From Pseudomonadota bacterium (GTDB lineage Bacteria; Pseudomonadota; Alphaproteobacteria; Caulobacterales; Hyphomonadaceae), in assembly GCA_039029475.1 (NCBI GenBank), contig JBCCGB010000011.1, positions 64,264 to 128,263 on the forward strand: DNA of 64,000 nt, in the 5' to 3' direction. The position numbers and the translations under genes were made by a program. Below the pieces are notes generated by a model, which saw nothing but the letters and a program-made list of their open reading frames with translations, did no database searches and was not told the DNA's origin. Within the stretch, counting starts at the first letter, position 1, and the number at the start of each line of letters is the position of its first letter. Shown piece after piece: positions 36,871-46,344 of the stretch.

Positions 36871-37050
36871 ATGGACCGTATCACAGCAAACCCCTCCCAG
36901 ATTTACCCGCAAGTTTCGGCCGCGTTTCTGCACGCTGGTGGTGACGTCAATGCGCTTGATGTTGATGAATTCGTGACGCCGGAGCTGACGCCGAAAAAAG
37001 AGTCACGCCGCGGCTGGCGCCGTCGCCGAATTCGTCGCGGCAAGAGCTAG
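36871..37050 (+). CDS. Unannotated 59-aa small protein with an Arg-rich C-terminus
   Basis: Manual translation MDRITANPSQIYPQVSAAFLHAGGDVNALDVDEFVTPELTPKKESRRGWRRRRIRRGKS*; AGGAG SD at 36856-36860; fills the otherwise empty gap between the LysR and the GST; absent from the ORF track, which lists nothing under 60 aa. Confidence 0.7.
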   Translation: MDRITANPSQIYPQVSAAFLHAGGDVNALDVDEFVTPELTPKKESRRGWRRRRIRRGKS

Positions 37051-37076
37051 AGGACGCGTACGTACGAGTTGACGAC

Positions 37077-37691
37077 TTAACCGCCGGTCTTTTCGAAGGC
37101 TCGTTGAAAGGCCGGCCGGGTCACGTTGCGGGCCAGATAGGCAGCAAGGTTCGGGTAGGGGTCGAGCTCACCCAGCCGTTCGGCCATTTGGGCAATATAC
37201 GTCATGCCAATATCCGGAGCCTGGAAGGTGTTGCCCATGACATAGTCGCGATCTGCCAGGCGCGCCTCGACATAGCCAAGCTGCAATGCGACTTCGCCGG
37301 TGGCGAACATGTCGAGTAATGGCGGTTTGTCCTCGAGACGGCTGAGCAGCAATTTCATCAGCATCGGCGCGAAGGCCGAAGCCTCTGTATACATCAGCCA
37401 TTGCATCCATTCGGCTTTGGCTTTGGGGTCGTCAGATTGCGGCCCGAGCTTGTTCTCAGTGTCGAATTTTTCCAGCAGGTAGAGCGCGATGGCACCAGAT
37501 TCAGCGAGCGTGAACCCATCATCTTCGATCACCGGCGACTTGCCGAGCGGATGGGCATTTCTAAGCTCTGGCGGGGCGCGCCCCATTTCGTTGCGATCAT
37601 AGAATTCGAACTCATATGTCGCGCCGAGTTCTTCCAGCAACCAGACAGTGAAAATCGAACGCCCGACGCGTAGGTGATGGATTTTTAGCAT
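37077..37691 (-). CDS. Glutathione S-transferase
   Basis: RSIFTVWLLEELG; HPLGKSPVIED; LAESGAIALYL; C-terminal YPNLAAYLAR...RPAFQRA. Confidence 0.92.
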   Translation of the reverse strand: MLKIHHLRVGRSIFTVWLLEELGATYEFEFYDRNEMGRAPPELRNAHPLGKSPVIEDDGFTLAESGAIALYLLEKFDTENKLGPQSDDPKAKAEWMQWLMYTEASAFAPMLMKLLLSRLEDKPPLLDMFATGEVALQLGYVEARLADRDYVMGNTFQAPDIGMTYIAQMAERLGELDPYPNLAAYLARNVTRPAFQRAFEKTGG

Positions 37692-37705
37692 TTTGAAGTC
37701 CCTTT

Positions 37706-38383
37706 TCAGTCTGGCATCAGACGATATCCGATACCGCGAACGGTCTGGATGTGAATAGGGTTCCTCGGGTCAGGTTCGATTTTCTTGCGCAGCCGAGTGA
37801 CCTGAACGTCAATGCTGCGTTCGGTGCCATTCGATGTCTTGTCGGCAAGCGCTTCGCGCGAAATCGGCTCGCCCGGGTGTCGCGATAAAAATGTCAGAAG
37901 TTGCAACTCGCTATCGGTCAGGCGGATATTGCCGCTCGGTCCGCTCAACAGCCCCTTGGTCGGTTCGAAGACCAGGCCGGACATTTCAATTTCATCCGGT
38001 GGGGTCGGCACATGGGTGCGGCGAATGATGGCGGCCGTTCGCAGCGCCAACTCTTCAGGTTCGAACGGCTTGGGCAGATAATCATCGGCGCCGAGGCGCA
38101 AGCCCTCGATGCGATCCTCGGATTGGCCCCGCGCGGTGAGCAGCAGAACCGGCGTGTCATTGCCATCATCGCGGAGCGCCTTGAGCAGGCTCAAGCCATC
38201 TTCGCCCGGCATCATGATGTCGAAGATTGCCAGATCAAAGCTGAACGTCTGGAACAGCTTGCGCGCGGCTGCGGCCCCGGAAACGGCGGTGACGGAATGA
38301 CCCTCACGCGTCAGATATTGTTTTAACAGGTCACGGATGCGGTCATCATCATCAACGATCAGAAGATGTGTTTCTTCGCTCAC
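37706..38383 (-). CDS. OmpR-family response regulator (PetR-like)
   Basis: LLIVDDDD; FDIMMPGEDG (phosphoacceptor Asp); LLLTARG; DYLPKPF; RSIDVQVTRLRKKIE; TVRGIGY. Confidence 0.93.
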   Translation of the reverse strand: MSEETHLLIVDDDDRIRDLLKQYLTREGHSVTAVSGAAAARKLFQTFSFDLAIFDIMMPGEDGLSLLKALRDDGNDTPVLLLTARGQSEDRIEGLRLGADDYLPKPFEPEELALRTAAIIRRTHVPTPPDEIEMSGLVFEPTKGLLSGPSGNIRLTDSELQLLTFLSRHPGEPISREALADKTSNGTERSIDVQVTRLRKKIEPDPRNPIHIQTVRGIGYRLMPD

Positions 38384-38853
38384 AGCAAAGCCTCCAATAC
38401 ACTCCGTACGCCGCCCACGGCGCCGGCACCAGCGCTGCGATAAGCCCGTCGCAACTTGTCGCGCATCGCAAGGGTGGCCGGATCGGTCAGCCGCTTGCCT
38501 TCATGAGTCAGGTATAATTGCCTGACGCGCCGATCGCCGCTTTTGCTTTGCCGCCGCTCGATCAGGTCGCGTTTTTCCAAATCGGCAATGATCCGCGCAA
38601 ATGTCGGCGTGGTCGAATCCAATTGTTGGCAGAGATGATTGATCGCGTGGCCAGGCTGGAACCGGACAGTCAGCAGCGTATGGGCCGCCAGGATCGGCAT
38701 TTCGAATTCGCTGGCAATTTCCCGCGTGGCTTTCATCAGGGCGCGTTCGCTGGCCAGAAGCAATGCAATTCCATAATCCAGTTCCTCATCTCTGAGGAAT
38801 AATCTTGGATCGAATCCAGGCGCGTTTGCGCGTATTTGGTTGACATTCACCAT
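38380..38853 (-). CDS. MarR-family regulator (PetP-like)
   Basis: FARIIADLEKRDLIERRQSKSGDRRVRQLYLTHEG winged helix; GTGA overlap with the response regulator; ATG at 38853 preferred over 38892. Confidence 0.88.
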   Translation of the reverse strand: MVNVNQIRANAPGFDPRLFLRDEELDYGIALLLASERALMKATREIASEFEMPILAAHTLLTVRFQPGHAINHLCQQLDSTTPTFARIIADLEKRDLIERRQSKSGDRRVRQLYLTHEGKRLTDPATLAMRDKLRRAYRSAGAGAVGGVRSVLEALL

Positions 38854-38906
38854 GGTGATCTGAGAATGCCCGTGAAACGTGTAAAAGTGCAAGACAGGAA
38901 AAGAGA

Positions 38907-39791
38907 ATGGCAGACCAGGCCTATGATGATCGTGACGGCTATATCTGGATGGACGGTCAGTTCGTCCCGTGGCGTGACACGAAAGTTCATGTGCTGACGC
39001 ATGCCATGCATTATGCGTCCTGTGTGTTTGAAGGCGAGCGCGCTTACGGCGGTGTCATCTATGCCTCGCGCCGACATTCAGAACGCCTGGCCAATTCAGC
39101 CAAGATTATGGGATTTGACCTGCCGGTTTCCGTCGATGAGCTCGAGCAGATCAAGGCAGAAACGCTGGCCAAATCGGGGCTTGAGAATGCTTATGTCCGC
39201 GCTTTTGCCTGGCGCGGCAGTGAAATGATGGGCGTTTCTGCGCAAAACAACACGATTCATCTGGCCGTCGCCGTCTGGGCCTGGGGCGACTATTTCGCCG
39301 ACAAGATGAAAGGCATCCGGATGACGCATGCGATGTATCGCCGTCCGGATCCTTTGACAGCGCCTTGCCATGCCAAGGCGGCTGGGCTGTACATGATTTG
39401 TACCTTGTCCAAGCACGCTGCGGAAAATGACGGTTATGCAGATGCCTTGATGTTGGATTATCGCGGTCAGGTCGCAGAAGCGACCGGTGCGAACATATTT
39501 TTCATGCGCGATGGCGCGCTCCATACGCCGACACCGGATTGTTTTCTCAACGGAATTACGCGGCAAACCGCGATCAAGCTGGCCAAAGCGCGCCAGATCG
39601 AGGTGATCGAGCGCGTGATCATGCCGGACGAGCTGAGTACCTTTGATGAGTGTTTCATCACGGGCTCAGCGGCCGAAATCACGCCCGTCGCAGAGATTGG
39701 CGAACACACCTATAAGCCTGGATATACGTCGGAAGCGCTGGTCAATGATTATGCGGATCTGGTCTATCGACGCATCGCCATGTCGGCCTGA
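38907..39791 (+). CDS. ilvE: Branched-chain amino acid aminotransferase
   Basis: LTHAMHYASCVFEGERAY; AKAAGLY (PLP Lys); EATGANIFF; LNGITR; TGSAAEITPV. Confidence 0.95.
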   Translation: MADQAYDDRDGYIWMDGQFVPWRDTKVHVLTHAMHYASCVFEGERAYGGVIYASRRHSERLANSAKIMGFDLPVSVDELEQIKAETLAKSGLENAYVRAFAWRGSEMMGVSAQNNTIHLAVAVWAWGDYFADKMKGIRMTHAMYRRPDPLTAPCHAKAAGLYMICTLSKHAAENDGYADALMLDYRGQVAEATGANIFFMRDGALHTPTPDCFLNGITRQTAIKLAKARQIEVIERVIMPDELSTFDECFITGSAAEITPVAEIGEHTYKPGYTSEALVNDYADLVYRRIAMSA

Positions 39792-39959
39792 TACGCGTTT
39801 TCACCGCCTGCTCGAATACGATGCACCTCTGCCTAGAGGTGTGTCACGTTTGCCACGCATAAACTTGTTTACAGTCTGAATTCCAGAATTGTTTGGACTA
39901 CGCGCCGCTTCCGATCCAATCAGTGTATTAGCGTTAATGTACTAGGGAGAGGCTTACCC

Positions 39960-42900
39960 ATGCGGAGAGAAAAGAAGGGCGTATCTTTAAAGAAGATACT
40001 CATTTCAAGCGCAGCTATGGCATCCATGGCAACGGCATTGTCGATGACAGCCACCGCGCAAGACGAAGGCGAAGAAGAAGAAGCAGCGGTTCAGGATACG
40101 ATCGTGATCACCGGATCGCGTATTCCAACAGATCCAAACCTCGCATCTTCAACGCCAGTTCAATCCATCAATGAAGAGCAGATCCGGCTTTCCGGTGAAC
40201 TCAACCTGGCGGATGTCGTGAATGACATTCCAGCTCTGGTGTCTTCATTCACGGGGGCCAACACCCTGACCGACGGCTTTGCCGATATTGACCCAGGTGC
40301 GAACATTCTCAACCTGCGCGGTCTCGGTGGCGACCGGACACTGACTCTGGTCAATGGACGCCGCCATGTGGCCGGTTTCCGCGGCAGCCAGGCGGTTGAT
40401 GTCGGGACGATCCCGCGCGCCCTGGTTCAGAATGTTGAAGTGACAACCGGTGGCGCCTCGGCGATCTACGGTGCCGACGCTGTGACCGGCGTTGTGAACT
40501 TCATCCTCAAGGATGATTTTGAAGGCATGCAGCTGGATGCGCGTGCTGGCATCTCGGGTGAAATGGACGCGGAGAATTTCGCCGTCGATTTGCTCTGGGG
40601 TAAGAATTTCCACGATGATCGCGGTAACGTTGTCGTCGCCTTCACGGTCGAACAGGATTCCGGCATCACCATGGGTGATCGCGACTGGTCGCGTGACAAT
40701 GGCATTGACGAAACTCAGGTCAATCCAGACAGCCTGACCAACCCGAATGCGCCGCCACGTGCCGTGATCCAGGATCCACGCTTCTGGCTGACCTCGCAAG
40801 AAGGATCAATCGCGCCAGGATTTGGCGGACGTTCTGTAACCTATGTCGACATTAACGGAAACGGCATTGCCGACTGTCAGGAATCTGAAGGTGGCCGCGT
40901 TGGCTTCCTCGCAGGCTGCTGGCTGACCAATCCGGACGGAACCGTTCGGGTGAACCAGGATGGCATCGTCCTGAACGGTCTCTGGGGCATTGGGGGTGAC
41001 GGCGGTCGTCTGAACTTCAACCGTGACTCGCTCTATCCGGACACAGATCGCTTCGTGCTCAACGTGAACTCGAATTACGATCTGTCCGACAATATGAGCG
41101 TGTTCTTCGAAGGGAAGTATGTCCACTCGGAATCAACCACGTTCGGCGAGCAGGATTCGTTCTACGATACGCTCGAAATTCGTGCTGATAACGCCTTCAT
41201 TCCGTCGCAACTTCAATCGGTTGCTGATACGGTTGGCTATTTGCTGCTAACGCAGGATCCACTGGATTGGAGCGACAATAACGATTTCACCTATACGCGT
41301 GAGACGTTCCGCTTTGTTGGTGGTCTGGAATGGGAATATGCGCCTGGTCACTTTGCTGAATTTTCTGCCAATTATGGCAAATTCACCAACACTTCGAAGG
41401 AAACCGGCCTGTATCTCGACCGGGTGTTCGCGGCGATCGATTCGGTTGAAGCGCCAGATGGCAGCATCGTCTGTCGCTCTGACCTCGATCCGACGGCAAC
41501 TTACCCGATTGATTATTTCACCGCGGGTAACGGATTCGCAGATGGTGGCTTCTCATCCGATCGCTACTATTCCTTCACACCAGGTGATGGCCAGTGTCAG
41601 CCGCTCAACCCTTTCGGCACCTATTCTGCCAGCGCTGCGGCTCAGAACTTTGTGACATCGCAACTGGAAGACAAGCTTGAGCTTGAGCAGACTGTGATCT
41701 CAGCGATCGCGTTTGGTGAGTTTGATGTGCTTGATTCCCTGCTCGATGGCCCGATTGGTTATGCTGGCGGCGTCGAGTATCGCGATGAGACGAGCTTGAA
41801 CCAGCTTGATCCTCTGACCCTCGGCATCTTGCCGGCGGGCACCTCGTTCACACCGGGTGTTCAGGTCAGCACGGTCGACCCGTTCCTGTTCTCGTTCACC
41901 GACATTGACAACTCGCAGCAATTCAACACGGAAGGTGGCTATGATGTGACCGATGTGTTTGCTGAGGTCAGATTGCCAGTCTTCAAAGACCGTCCGTTCG
42001 CCAAGGAACTCAGCCTCGACGCTGCGATCCGCCTGGCCGATTACTCGACCCTCGGCGATGCGACGACCTGGAAAGTTGGTGGTACCTGGGCACCGATCGA
42101 CGATCTGAGCTTCCGGGCGACCTATTCCGAAGCGGTGCGTGCACCGAACATTTCAGAATTGTTCGACCCGAAATTGCCAATCACGGTTGCTGCGACTGCA
42201 GACCCGTGTGACCCGAGCAATGTCGGAAACGGCTCCGCAGCGCGTCAAGCCAACTGTGTTGCTGGCCTTCAAGCGGCAGGCGTCCCAACCGCAAGCATTC
42301 TAGATGCCGGCGGCAACTATATCTGGACCAACCCGCTGACCGCGCGTTTCTCAGGTGTGTCAGGCGGTAACCCGGATCTCGACGTAGAAACCGCTGAAAC
42401 ACTCACCGTCGGTGCTGTGTATCAGCCGAGCTTCGTGGATGGCCTGTCTATCACGCTCGATTATTGGGACATTGAGATCGAAGATGCGATCGCGGCTGTG
42501 GCCTCTGGCGACATTCTCGATGGCTGTCACGACTCGAGCAACTTCCCGAACCTCGAATTCTGCGGCCTGTTCACACGGCGTGCAGATGGCGGTTTGAACT
42601 TCCTGGAATCAGGACAGATCAACTTCGCGCGTTTGGAAGCGTCTGGTATCGACGTCGCCGTCAACTATAGCTGGGATGTTGGACCAAACACCTTCACAGC
42701 AAGCGTTGTCGGGTCTCAGCAAGAGAAACTGGATCGCTTCTTCAACCCAACCGATCCAACCGATATTGACCCAGAGCTTGAAGAGCTGCGTCTGCCAGAA
42801 TATTCCGGCAACGTCTCTCTCGGATGGGAGCGCGGGCCTTGGCAGGTTGGCGTGCAGACCACGTATCAGAGCCGCCAGAGTGTCGACGAGATCGAAGACG

Positions 42901-43121
42901 TTCTCGGCCTGAACGGAAACTCTGCGCTGTATGGCTCAAATGGCTTCTTCGACGAGACTTACATCTTCGACGTGAATGCCAGCTACGAGCATAGCGACAC
43001 CCTGAGCTTCTATGGTGGCGTCAACAATCTCGGCGACGAGAAGCCGTTCTCGACGGAACTCGCATGGCCAGTTGATCCACGCGGTCGCTTCTTCTTCCTC
43101 GGTGTTACGTTCAAACAGTAA
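39960..43121 (+). CDS. TonB-dependent receptor
   Basis: Signal peptide; TonB box DTIVITGSRI; plug NLRGLGGDRTLTLVNGRR and GGASAIYGADAVTGVVNFILK; C-terminal GRFFFLGVTFKQ. Confidence 0.95.
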   Translation: MRREKKGVSLKKILISSAAMASMATALSMTATAQDEGEEEEAAVQDTIVITGSRIPTDPNLASSTPVQSINEEQIRLSGELNLADVVNDIPALVSSFTGANTLTDGFADIDPGANILNLRGLGGDRTLTLVNGRRHVAGFRGSQAVDVGTIPRALVQNVEVTTGGASAIYGADAVTGVVNFILKDDFEGMQLDARAGISGEMDAENFAVDLLWGKNFHDDRGNVVVAFTVEQDSGITMGDRDWSRDNGIDETQVNPDSLTNPNAPPRAVIQDPRFWLTSQEGSIAPGFGGRSVTYVDINGNGIADCQESEGGRVGFLAGCWLTNPDGTVRVNQDGIVLNGLWGIGGDGGRLNFNRDSLYPDTDRFVLNVNSNYDLSDNMSVFFEGKYVHSESTTFGEQDSFYDTLEIRADNAFIPSQLQSVADTVGYLLLTQDPLDWSDNNDFTYTRETFRFVGGLEWEYAPGHFAEFSANYGKFTNTSKETGLYLDRVFAAIDSVEAPDGSIVCRSDLDPTATYPIDYFTAGNGFADGGFSSDRYYSFTPGDGQCQPLNPFGTYSASAAAQNFVTSQLEDKLELEQTVISAIAFGEFDVLDSLLDGPIGYAGGVEYRDETSLNQLDPLTLGILPAGTSFTPGVQVSTVDPFLFSFTDIDNSQQFNTEGGYDVTDVFAEVRLPVFKDRPFAKELSLDAAIRLADYSTLGDATTWKVGGTWAPIDDLSFRATYSEAVRAPNISELFDPKLPITVAATADPCDPSNVGNGSAARQANCVAGLQAAGVPTASILDAGGNYIWTNPLTARFSGVSGGNPDLDVETAETLTVGAVYQPSFVDGLSITLDYWDIEIEDAIAAVASGDILDGCHDSSNFPNLEFCGLFTRRADGGLNFLESGQINFARLEASGIDVAVNYSWDVGPNTFTASVVGSQQEKLDRFFNPTDPTDIDPELEELRLPEYSGNVSLGWERGPWQVGVQTTYQSRQSVDEIEDVLGLNGNSALYGSNGFFDETYIFDVNASYEHSDTLSFYGGVNNLGDEKPFSTELAWPVDPRGRFFFLGVTFKQ

Positions 43122-43143
43122 GACCAGAGAAGATCTGAACTGG

Positions 43144-43169
43144 AATGCGGAGGCGAAAGCCTCCGCATT
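43144..43169 (+). terminator. Terminator-like hairpin between the receptor and the sulfotransferase
   Basis: AATGCGGAGGC-GAAA-GCCTCCGCATT followed by TCTTGTT. Confidence 0.75.
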
Positions 43170-43187
43170 TCTTGTTATGGGGATAAG

Positions 43188-45002
43188 ATGAGCAGTCACA
43201 GCCAGCACGAAACCATCTTGCAGGAGGTCGAGCGTCTCGTCGCAGATCGGAATTTTGCGGCGGCGGTTGCCCGACTTAAAGGCACGTTGAAAGCCGATCC
43301 GCAATTTTTTCAGGGCTGGCTTCGGTTGAGCAAGATCCTGTTCGAGACGGAGAATTATCGAGAGGCGGTGCAGGTCGGACAGGCCGCGGAGCGGTTTGAT
43401 CCACTGCAAGCCGAATTTCGCACCATTCAGTCGCATATGCAGTCACGGGCCTTTGGTCCTGCCGAGCAAGTTGCCAAGCAAATGCTGGCGAAACAGCCCG
43501 GCCACCCGCGCGCCGTGTTCACGATTGCGGAAATATCTGGGATGAAAAACTATCCCGAAGGGCGGGTCGAAGCGTTGCGGCACGGCCTGGATTATGGCCC
43601 GGCAAACCTGGTGCTCCGCAACATGTTGATCAGCGCACTCGAACAAGCGGGCGACTTTCAGGGCGCGATCGATGAGGCCCGGATCCTTGTCCAGACGGAA
43701 GACTCCTTCAACGCGCTTTGGTCGCTGGTCAGCGTCTTGTTGCGACATGGCCGGAATGACGAATTGCTGGCGGTTTGTGATCGCGCCGAACAACAGAGCG
43801 GGGCGGACAAGACCAAGCTGAGTCAGATCGACCTGGTTCGCGGCCAGATTCTACGCGTCCTGGGACGCCGGGACGAGAGCGTGGCGGCGTATCGGAAATG
43901 TCTCGAAAACAATCCGAGCAATGCCGGCGCCTGGTGGGCTCTGGCGGACATGAAGACGTTTGCGTTTTCGAGCGCCGACAGTGCGGCCATCCGATCGCTT
44001 CTGGACACGCCAACCTTGCCGCAACCAGAGCGATGCGTCGCGACATTTGCGCTGGCAAAAGCAAGTGAATCCGAAGGCGATTGGGATCAGACGTTCGCGC
44101 TGTATCACGCGGCAAATGCACTGCACCCCAATGCGGCTTACAATCCGGCGATTTTTGACGAAGAAGTGGCGTCTCGTATTGCCGGCTTTGATCAGGCTGC
44201 GCTGGCGACCCAGGCCATTCCTCGGCCAGAAGGACCGACCCCGATTTTCATTCTCGGCCTGCCGCGGTCCGGGTCGACCTTGATCGAACAGATCCTGGCC
44301 AGTCATTCTGAGATTGAGGGCACAATTGAACAACCAGTCATGCCGAGCATTGCGCGTAAGGCACACGTCAAATGTACGCTCGAACATCAAGGTGGCTTAT
44401 TGCAGAAAGTCGGCGCCTTAACGCCGCAAGACCTCGCGGGACTTGGGCAGGCCTATCTCGATGATGGCGGATTGTTTCGCACCGGAGAGACAGAGTTTTT
44501 CACCGATAAGCTGCCCTTCAATTTCCGCCATATCGGCTTGATCCACAAAGTCCTGCCAAATGCGATCATTATAGATGCGCGGCGCAATCCGATGGATTGT
44601 GGGCTCAGCCTGTACAAGCAGCATTTCCCGACCGGCGTGGAGTTCAGCTATGGGCTTCAGCACATCGCTGACTTCTATGTCGGCTATCTGAAACTGATGG
44701 ACTATTGGCACGCGGCGCTGCCAGGCCGGGTCCTGACGCTGCAATACGAACATCTGATCCGCGATCCCGAAGCTAAGATTCGCGAATTGCTGTCACATAT
44801 TGGCGTCGCGTTTGAACCCGCCTGCCTTAATTTTCACAAGACCGAACGCGCCGTTCGCACAGCCAGCAGTGAGCAGGTGCGGCAACCGATCAATACGCGC
44901 GGCATCGGCGCCTGGCGCCAGGTCGAAGAGCATCTGGCCCCGCTCAAGGCTGGCCTCGGCGCTGACGTGTATGCGCGGTTTGAGGGCCTTTACGACGCCT
45001 AG
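43188..45002 (+). CDS. TPR-repeat-containing sulfotransferase
   Basis: N-terminal TPR-like helices; PAPS 5'-phosphosulfate loop GLPRSGSTLIEQIL; DKLPFNF; RRNPMD; VRTASSEQVRQPI. Confidence 0.92.
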   Translation: MSSHSQHETILQEVERLVADRNFAAAVARLKGTLKADPQFFQGWLRLSKILFETENYREAVQVGQAAERFDPLQAEFRTIQSHMQSRAFGPAEQVAKQMLAKQPGHPRAVFTIAEISGMKNYPEGRVEALRHGLDYGPANLVLRNMLISALEQAGDFQGAIDEARILVQTEDSFNALWSLVSVLLRHGRNDELLAVCDRAEQQSGADKTKLSQIDLVRGQILRVLGRRDESVAAYRKCLENNPSNAGAWWALADMKTFAFSSADSAAIRSLLDTPTLPQPERCVATFALAKASESEGDWDQTFALYHAANALHPNAAYNPAIFDEEVASRIAGFDQAALATQAIPRPEGPTPIFILGLPRSGSTLIEQILASHSEIEGTIEQPVMPSIARKAHVKCTLEHQGGLLQKVGALTPQDLAGLGQAYLDDGGLFRTGETEFFTDKLPFNFRHIGLIHKVLPNAIIIDARRNPMDCGLSLYKQHFPTGVEFSYGLQHIADFYVGYLKLMDYWHAALPGRVLTLQYEHLIRDPEAKIRELLSHIGVAFEPACLNFHKTERAVRTASSEQVRQPINTRGIGAWRQVEEHLAPLKAGLGADVYARFEGLYDA

Positions 45003-46288
45003 TTGCTGATCTCATCGAGATGGATGACGCCGTCTTTCATCACAAAATCGACGTCTTCGAGCTCGCTGATATCATCGAGCGGATCGCCTTCGACAGCGAT
45101 CAGGTCAGCAGCTTTGCCAACCGTGATCGAACCAATTTCGTCTTCAATACCAAACAGCGTGGCATTGCTGAGCGTGGCGGTCTGAATGGCCTGCATGGGC
45201 GACATGCCCCATTCGACCATTTTCGAGAATTGGCGGGCATTGGTGCCATGCGGATAGACGCCGGCATCACTGCCAAAAGCCATATTCACGCCGGCTCTGT
45301 GTGCCGCCTGGAAGCGCTCGCGCTGAACCCGGCCCACCATTCGTTCCTTGGCCAGGGACTCTTCGAGAATGCCTGCCGCTTCGCCTTCCGACAGGATATA
45401 GTCAGAGACATAGATATCCATGGACAGATAGGTGCCTTGTTCGACCGCCTGAGCGATGCTGTCATCCGTGATCATGCTGGCATGTTCAACCGAATCCACG
45501 CCGGCTTCGATTGCTGATTGAATGCCGCGCGGGCCATGCGCGTGCACCGCGACTTTCAGATCAAGCAGACGCGCTTCATCAACAATCGCTTTCATTTCTT
45601 CCAGCGAATATTGCTGAGCATTGATCGAGGTGTTCGGGGACAGGACCCCGCCGGTGCCGCAGAATTTGATCACCCGCGCACCGTATTTCTTGTTCTCGCG
45701 AACTCTCTGCCGGACTTCCCAGGGCCCATCCGCACGTCCGCCCGTGCGCACTTGTGCTTCATAAGGCAGCAGCGTGGCGTCGCCGCAATGGCCGCCGGTA
45801 ATCCCAATCGATTGACCCGCGCCGATAATGCGCGGCCCGATAATCTCGCCTTCGGCAATGGCTTTCATCAAATCAATATCTGTAAAGCCCGGTGCACCAA
45901 GATTTCGCACCGTCGTGAAACCGGCAAGCAACGTCGTTTCGGCATTGACGACGCCACTAATCGCGGCACGCGAGGTTGACCGTGTGAGCCGGCGGAAGCC
46001 ATGCACATTGGCGCCAGACGTCAGATGCACGTGGCTGTCTGACAGGCCCGGCATCAGCGTCGCGCCGGACAGGTCAATTTCCGTCCATTGGCCATCTGGT
46101 AAACGGCGTTCGGAGCCAATATAGGCAATCTTGTCGCCTTCGATGGCGACGACCTGGCCGCGGATCACTTTGCCATTTTCGACATCGACAATATCGGCGC
46201 CTTTGAGCACCGTGCCCGGCGTGGCACTGGCAACCCCAATGGCGGCGAAGGCCGCACTCATAGCGGTTAGAATAGGTTTCAAATTCAT
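44999..46288 (-). CDS. Exported metal-dependent amidohydrolase (Xaa-Pro dipeptidase / M38-like)
   Basis: Signal peptide; PGLSDSHVHL; IKFCGTGGV; AVHAHG; VEHAS; FGSDAGVYPHG. Confidence 0.88.
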   Translation of the reverse strand: MNLKPILTAMSAAFAAIGVASATPGTVLKGADIVDVENGKVIRGQVVAIEGDKIAYIGSERRLPDGQWTEIDLSGATLMPGLSDSHVHLTSGANVHGFRRLTRSTSRAAISGVVNAETTLLAGFTTVRNLGAPGFTDIDLMKAIAEGEIIGPRIIGAGQSIGITGGHCGDATLLPYEAQVRTGGRADGPWEVRQRVRENKKYGARVIKFCGTGGVLSPNTSINAQQYSLEEMKAIVDEARLLDLKVAVHAHGPRGIQSAIEAGVDSVEHASMITDDSIAQAVEQGTYLSMDIYVSDYILSEGEAAGILEESLAKERMVGRVQRERFQAAHRAGVNMAFGSDAGVYPHGTNARQFSKMVEWGMSPMQAIQTATLSNATLFGIEDEIGSITVGKAADLIAVEGDPLDDISELEDVDFVMKDGVIHLDEISN

Positions 46289-46344
46289 GGTCGGTCCCAA
46301 CTCCCAATTTGGCACTTCCAGACCGTAAGGCATAAAGCGCAGCG

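Noticed and set aside
39792-39959. Riboswitch (e.g. cobalamin or TPP) upstream of the TonB receptor
   Set aside because: No conserved riboswitch core recognised in the 168-bp region, only a weak hairpin (39821-39844) that may end ilvE transcription.
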